From the NCBI RefSeq assembly GCF_000012345.1, contig NC_007205.1, positions 690,001 through 722,000 on the forward strand: a stretch of DNA of 32,000 nucleotides, read 5' to 3'. The notes beneath the pieces were generated by a model, which saw only the letters and a program-made list of their open reading frames with translations, did no database searches and had not been told where the DNA came from. The first letter of the stretch is position 1, and every line of letters begins with the position of its first letter. This stretch comes from Candidatus Pelagibacter ubique HTCC1062 (GTDB lineage Bacteria; Pseudomonadota; Alphaproteobacteria; Pelagibacterales; Pelagibacteraceae). The translations under genes and the position numbers were made by a program. Positions 27,175-32,000 of the stretch are shown one piece after another.

Positions 27175-29366
27175 TGAAAAGAATAGTTAAAATTCTTGCA
27201 ATATTAATAATAACCCTTGCGGCAATTGTTATTTACTTGAGCCTCTATGGAGTAAAAACTGACAAGTTTAATAAAGAAATTATAAAGAATGTTTCAAAAA
27301 TTAATAAAAAAATTAATCTTTCATTAAATGAGGTTAATTATCTATTAAACCCAATGAATTTTAGTATTAATATTTCAACAAAAAACCCTAAAATATTATT
27401 GGAAGATAAAAGTCTAGATTTAAAAGACATTACTAGCAATATTTCATTAAAATCTTTTATAAGTAATCAGTTTTCTATTGATGATTTAAAAATTTCAACA
27501 AAAGAAATTAAAATCAAAGATTTAATCTCATTAACAAGAGCAGTTGAAGGGTCACCACAACTTTTTGTTTTAGATAGTATTACTAAAGAGGGATTAATTT
27601 CTACAGATATAAATCTTAAATTTGATTTAGATGGAGAAATAAAAAACAACTATCAAATAACTGGGAATGTCAAAAAAGCAAAATTTAATATTTTTAATAA
27701 GGTTGAAATTGATGATTTAAACCTTTTATTTAATATAAGCAACAATCAGCTAACATTAAAAAAGATAGAAACAAATCTTAATAGTATAAAATTAAAATCG
27801 CCTTTAATCAAAATCGAAAAAAAGAAAGATATATTTTTTGTTGATGGAGAGGTGGCAAATGAAGAACAAAATTTCGATATAAACAAATTAAAACCTATAT
27901 TTGGAGACTTACTAAATAATATAGAGATAGAAAAAATTGACTTTAATTCTATAAATATTTTTTCTTTTAATGTTAACAGAAAATTAAAATTAAAAGATTT
28001 AAAACTAGAGACCAACTTGAACTTAGAAAATTTTCAAATAGTTAAAAATCCCCTTAATTTAAAAACTTTTTTACCTAATTATGCAGAGCAAATTAAATTT
28101 AAAGATCATAAAATTAAAATTAAATTAATAAAAGGTATATTGGATATTAGGGGAGATGGAGATATCTATATTGGAGACGAGTCTGAACAATTATCTTACA
28201 ACGTTATTAAAGATGCGGGAGAAATAAAATTTGATACTAACCTTAATATTAAAAATAATCCATTAACAATAAATTTTTTAGATTATAAAAAGAAAAAAGG
28301 AAACAGTTCAGAAATTTTATTAAAAGGTATTTACAAAAAAAATAAAGAATTGATATTAAAAGATATCTCTTTAACAGAAAAAAATAATCAAATTTTAATT
28401 AAAGATTTAATGTTTAGTAAAAATTTTAAAGTTAAAGATTTAAGTTACATTAAACTTAATTATCGAAATAAAAATGATCTTCTTAACAATTTAGAGCTAA
28501 AAAAAAATAAATCTAATTTTTCCATAAATGGTAAAAGTTTTGATGCAACACAGTTAATTAACAACAGCATGAGTGATGATGAAAGTACAGCAATTTTTGA
28601 AAATTTTAATTCTAAATTTGATATTAAAATAGGCACAGCTTATATAAATAAAAACGATTATACTAAAAACTTAGCTGGATACTTCACTTTTAAAAATAAT
28701 AAATTAGATAAATTAAATCTAGCATCTACTTTTCCTAACAAAAAAAAAATGAACTTATCTATTGAAACTAATAACCAGAATGAAACAATTACAAAATTCT
28801 TTTCAAACTACCCGAAACCTTTGATTAAAAGATATGACTTTATTAAAGGATTTGAAGAAGGTTATCTAAATTTTAATTCTATTAAAAAAGATGGTGTTTC
28901 TAATTCTGTATTAATTATTGATAACTTTAAAGTTAAAGAGGTACCTGTTTTTGCTAAGCTTTTAAGCCTAGCGTCACTTCAGGGTATTGCAGATCTTTTA
29001 ACGGGTGAGGGAATAAGATTTACTGATTTTGAAATGAGATATTCAAGTCAAAAAGGTCTTACTAATATTGAAGAAATGTATGCTATTGGACCTGCTATTT
29101 CTATATTAATGGATGGTTATATTGAATCAAAGAAATTGGTTAGCTTGAGAGGAACATTGGTTCCTGCAACAACTATAAATAGATCTATAGCTTCAATTCC
29201 ACTACTGGGCAAAATACTAATAGGAGAAAAAACAGGTGAAGGTGTTTTTGGTGTAAGTTTTAAAATAAAAGGACCTCCAAAGAATTTATCAACAACAGTT
29301 AATCCAATTAAAACACTAACACCTAGATTTATAACAAGAACTTTAGAAAAAATTAAAAAGAACTAA
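27174..29366 (+). CDS. AsmA/YhdP-like envelope protein with an N-terminal membrane anchor (family assignment tentative)
   Basis: It is 730 aa long with a single N-terminal TM segment (ILAILIITLAAIVIYLSLYG) and a long Asn/Lys/Ile-rich region of predicted beta character. The conserved-looking C-terminal block (LASLQGIADLLTGEGIRFTDFE...GVFGVSFKIKGPPKNLSTTVNPIKTLTP) resembles AsmA-like C-terminal regions. It shares a TAATG overlap with prfB. Confidence 0.5.
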   Translation: MKRIVKILAILIITLAAIVIYLSLYGVKTDKFNKEIIKNVSKINKKINLSLNEVNYLLNPMNFSINISTKNPKILLEDKSLDLKDITSNISLKSFISNQFSIDDLKISTKEIKIKDLISLTRAVEGSPQLFVLDSITKEGLISTDINLKFDLDGEIKNNYQITGNVKKAKFNIFNKVEIDDLNLLFNISNNQLTLKKIETNLNSIKLKSPLIKIEKKKDIFFVDGEVANEEQNFDINKLKPIFGDLLNNIEIEKIDFNSINIFSFNVNRKLKLKDLKLETNLNLENFQIVKNPLNLKTFLPNYAEQIKFKDHKIKIKLIKGILDIRGDGDIYIGDESEQLSYNVIKDAGEIKFDTNLNIKNNPLTINFLDYKKKKGNSSEILLKGIYKKNKELILKDISLTEKNNQILIKDLMFSKNFKVKDLSYIKLNYRNKNDLLNNLELKKNKSNFSINGKSFDATQLINNSMSDDESTAIFENFNSKFDIKIGTAYINKNDYTKNLAGYFTFKNNKLDKLNLASTFPNKKKMNLSIETNNQNETITKFFSNYPKPLIKRYDFIKGFEEGYLNFNSIKKDGVSNSVLIIDNFKVKEVPVFAKLLSLASLQGIADLLTGEGIRFTDFEMRYSSQKGLTNIEEMYAIGPAISILMDGYIESKKLVSLRGTLVPATTINRSIASIPLLGKILIGEKTGEGVFGVSFKIKGPPKNLSTTVNPIKTLTPRFITRTLEKIKKN

Positions 29367-30592
29367 ATTAACTCAACTTTAATATGTTTTTTCTTGCCAA
29401 GTGAAAGTTTAATTAAACTACTCTTAAATAAATCTTCAGTAATTAAAAACTTTTCATCAGAAATAGCCTGACCATTTATTTTAATTCCATTCCCTTTAAT
29501 TAATCTTCGAATTTCACTTTTAGAACTTTCTAATTTTGATAAAATTACCAAATCTAGAATACTTATATTATCATCTAACATTTTTTTATTAATTTGAGTG
29601 GTTGGTAGATTATCACCTAATGAATTTTCAGAAAATGTTTGTTTGGCTGTTTCTTGGCATTTTCTTGCCTCATCTTCTCCATGCAACATAGAAGTAGCTT
29701 TGTTGGCAAGTAAAATTTTTAACTCATTAATATTGTCATCTTTAATATTTTCAATTTCATCAACATTAATATCTGTAAAAATTTTTAAAAACTTTAAGAC
29801 ATCTCGATCATCAATATTTCTCCAAAATTGCCAGTAGTCATATGATGAAAGAAATTTTTTATCTAGCCAAACAGCTCCAGATTCAGTTTTACCCATTTTT
29901 GCACCTGATGCCAATGTAATAAGAGGTGTCGTTAAACCATAAACATGATTATTTGAATATCTTTTTATAAGATCAACTCCATTAACAATATTACCCCATT
30001 GATCAGAGCCACCAATTTGAAGCATACATTTTTCTTTTTTGTTTAATTCTAAAAAATCGTATGCTTGTAAAATCATATAGTTAAATTCCATATAACTTAA
30101 TGACTGCTCTCTCTCTAATCTAATTTTGACACTGTCAAAACTCAACATTTTGTTAATTGTAAAATGTTTTCCAACATCTCTTAGAAAAGAAATATAATTT
30201 AAATTTTTAAGCCATGTATAGTTATTAACAAATATAGGTTTTGTCTCTGGATCTTTATCATCTAAAAAATTTTTTAGAATTTTTTCAATATTATTTATAT
30301 TTTTTTCAATTTCGTCTTCAGATAAAATTGTCCTAGTTTTATCTTTTCCAGATGGATCACCTATTCTAGTAGTGCCCCCTCCTAATAAAACAATTGGTTG
30401 GTGGCCATGTTTTTGTAGCAACCTAAGACACATAATTTGAAGTAAGCTACCAACGTGAAGACTTTCAGCTGTACAATCAAAACCAATATAAGCTCTGATT
30501 TTTTCTTTATCTAATAATTGAGATAGATTTTCTTCACCTGTACACTGGTAAAAGAAACCACGATCTTTAAATTCTTTTAAAAATTTATTCAT
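29363..30592 (-). CDS. tyrS: Tyrosyl-tRNA synthetase
   Basis: It has the HIGH-type motif (LHVGSL), the KMSKS-type motif (KMGKT) and a C-terminal S4-like domain (SKSEIRRLIKGNGIKINGQ). The start at 30592 (MNKFLKEFKDRGF) is preferred over 30616. Confidence 0.93.
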   Translation of the reverse strand: MNKFLKEFKDRGFFYQCTGEENLSQLLDKEKIRAYIGFDCTAESLHVGSLLQIMCLRLLQKHGHQPIVLLGGGTTRIGDPSGKDKTRTILSEDEIEKNINNIEKILKNFLDDKDPETKPIFVNNYTWLKNLNYISFLRDVGKHFTINKMLSFDSVKIRLEREQSLSYMEFNYMILQAYDFLELNKKEKCMLQIGGSDQWGNIVNGVDLIKRYSNNHVYGLTTPLITLASGAKMGKTESGAVWLDKKFLSSYDYWQFWRNIDDRDVLKFLKIFTDINVDEIENIKDDNINELKILLANKATSMLHGEDEARKCQETAKQTFSENSLGDNLPTTQINKKMLDDNISILDLVILSKLESSKSEIRRLIKGNGIKINGQAISDEKFLITEDLFKSSLIKLSLGKKKHIKVELI

Positions 30593-30636
30593 AAATATGC
30601 TATCTAGAATATACAATATTTACTTTAAAAATAAGA

Positions 30637-31764
30637 ATGGAAAAATTTTATACTTCTTTAGGGTTAATGAGTGGCACATCTATGGATGGGGTTGATGCGT
30701 CAATTATTAGATCAGATGGTGAAAGTAACTATGAACCTATATTTGATAAATATTTTGAGTATGATGGAGTAATTTACTCAAACTTACTAAATCTAAGAGA
30801 TAAGATAAATTCAATAAAAGATTTACAAGATAATTCTTATCAAATTAACGAGCTCGAGAGAAAAATTACCTTATTTCATGCAAAAATTAGCAAAGAAATT
30901 ATAAAGAATGCAGGAGTGGATGTAGATATAGTTGGGTTTCACGGTCAAACAATTTTTCACAATGCTCAGGAAAAAATATCAAAACAAATAGGAGATGGCA
31001 ATTTACTATCAAGTCTTTTAAAAAAAAATGTAGTTTATAACTTTAGAGAAAATGACATTCATAATGGCGGCCAAGGAGCTCCATTAGCTCCAATCTTTCA
31101 CAACTTACTTATAAACCAGAATAAAATAGAGAAACCTGCTTGTGTTTTAAACATAGGAGGTATCGCAAATATTACTCTTGTTATCTCAAAAAATAATGAA
31201 GATTTAAAAAGTTTTGATGTAGGTCCTGGTAATTGTCTTTTAGATGAATGGGTTAGAAGACACACACAAATGAAATATGATGAAAATGGAAAAGCATCAA
31301 ATTTAGGAAAAACAAGTGAAGTTATTCTAAATCAAGCGATTGATAATTTTGACAATATAAGTAATCAAAAAAAACTTTCATTTGATATAAAAGATTTTGA
31401 TTTAAGTTTTGTAAAAGGTCTCACATATGAGGATGGCTTATCTACATTAGTAGATTTTACAGCAATAATAATTTATCAATCAATTTTAAAATCAATCAAC
31501 AGTGAAGAAAATAAAAAGTTATTAATAATAGTTTGTGGTGGTGGAAGAAAAAACCTTTCATTAATGGAGAGCATAAGAAAAAGACTACCAAAAAATATTT
31601 ATTTAAAAATAATTGATGATTATAAAGTTGATGGTGATTTCATCGAGTCTCAAGCTTTTGCTTATCTTGCAATTAGGTCTGCACTTAAAAAAGTAATTTC
31701 ATTCCCCAATACTACAAATGTCAAAAAACCGTCAATAGGTGGAGTTTTAGTTAAAAACTATTAA
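30637..31764 (+). CDS. anmK: Anhydro-N-acetylmuramic acid kinase
   Basis: It has the N-terminal signature GLMSGTSMDGVDAS, plus HGQTIFH, NIGGIAN and DVGPGN. It is 375 aa long. Confidence 0.9.
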   Translation: MEKFYTSLGLMSGTSMDGVDASIIRSDGESNYEPIFDKYFEYDGVIYSNLLNLRDKINSIKDLQDNSYQINELERKITLFHAKISKEIIKNAGVDVDIVGFHGQTIFHNAQEKISKQIGDGNLLSSLLKKNVVYNFRENDIHNGGQGAPLAPIFHNLLINQNKIEKPACVLNIGGIANITLVISKNNEDLKSFDVGPGNCLLDEWVRRHTQMKYDENGKASNLGKTSEVILNQAIDNFDNISNQKKLSFDIKDFDLSFVKGLTYEDGLSTLVDFTAIIIYQSILKSINSEENKKLLIIVCGGGRKNLSLMESIRKRLPKNIYLKIIDDYKVDGDFIESQAFAYLAIRSALKKVISFPNTTNVKKPSIGGVLVKNY

Positions 31765-31766
31765 GA

Positions 31767-32000
31767 TTAAAATAAAGCAGATTCTTTTTTGATATATTTA
31801 TCTAAACATTTTACTAATACGTCTTCTGTTTTAGTAAAAAAATGATTAGCATCATTTATAGCCTGAAAGTCAACTTTAATACCTTTTTGGGCGCTCAATC
31901 TTTTATCTAGATCTGTAATATGTTCTAAGGGAACTAACTCATCCTTTTTTCCATAAATCATTAAACCTGAAGTAGGACATGGAGATAAGAATGAAAAGTC
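31767..32000 (-). CDS. Alpha/beta-hydrolase-fold protein, C-terminal part only (5' end lies beyond the window)
   Basis: The reading frame stays open to nt 32000, reading ...DFSFLSPCPTSGLMIYGKKDELVP upstream of the Met in the ORF track. The xxYGxxDxxVP segment followed by an NH...F region is typical of the Asp/His part of alpha/beta hydrolases. The specific family is not determinable from this fragment. Confidence 0.5.
   Translation of the reverse strand, partial: DFSFLSPCPTSGLMIYGKKDELVPLEHITDLDKRLSAQKGIKVDFQAINDANHFFTKTEDVLVKCLDKYIKKESALF

Noticed and set aside
28740-28749. Homopolymer runs of 9-10 A or T inside coding sequence: the A10 run here in the AsmA-like gene, T10 at 3202-3211 in rsmA and T9 at 3883-3891 in pdxA. 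These could be phase-variation or slippage tracts.
   Set aside because: They encode poly-Lys stretches in a Lys-rich AT-rich proteome and occur in essential housekeeping genes. That argues against contingency-locus behaviour. All are in frame and intact.
1-32000. A search for mobile elements, CRISPR arrays, defence systems, toxin-antitoxin pairs and compositionally atypical islands.
   Set aside because: Every ORF of meaningful size is accounted for. Most are conserved housekeeping or envelope genes; the rest are four hypothetical or tentatively assigned ORFs and the truncated alpha/beta hydrolase. I saw no direct or inverted repeat arrays, no integrase, transposase or recombinase motifs and no obvious shift in base composition. 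I therefore do not claim a novel system here.

Overview
The window is about 29-30% GC by eye and very tightly packed. By my own count, only about 420 of 32,000 nt (about 1.3%) fall outside the CDS calls below. The gene content and order are typical of the alphaproteobacterial core genome: fabD-fabG-acpP, lptF-lptG-lptD-surA-pdxA-rsmA, pepA-ndk, purN-purM next to hda, aroQ-accB-accC, thiS-thiG, rne, mrcA-prfB, plus NDUFA12-like and DUF2155-like genes. With the AT richness and streamlining, this points to a SAR11/Pelagibacter-like genome; that is an inference, not a verified identification. I call 32 protein-coding genes, two of them cut by the window edges. I found no rRNA, tRNA, CRISPR array, transposase, integrase, phage gene or recognisable defence system. 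The only gaps longer than 100 nt (17740-17854 and 23644-23745) are AT-rich divergent promoter regions with no tRNA-like GC stems. This is an ordinary housekeeping region and I see no convincing novel multi-gene system in it. Several items still merit a second look. (1) prfB carries a canonical programmed +1 frameshift, which the ORF track splits and truncates. (2) A stand-alone 273-aa protein has a core that resembles the C-terminal region of class II (B12-dependent) ribonucleotide reductase, with no catalytic N-terminal part next to it. (3) The RNase E/G homologue is pared down: it has an acidic insert in the S1 region, no Zn-link Cys motif, and only a short Lys-rich tail. (4) A short AsmA/YhdP-like envelope protein is start/stop-coupled to prfB. 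(5) An uncharacterised exported protein sits in the conserved slot between purM and hda. (6) Compaction is extreme: divergent start codons lie 11-16 nt apart, and convergent genes share overlapping stop codons with no room for terminators.
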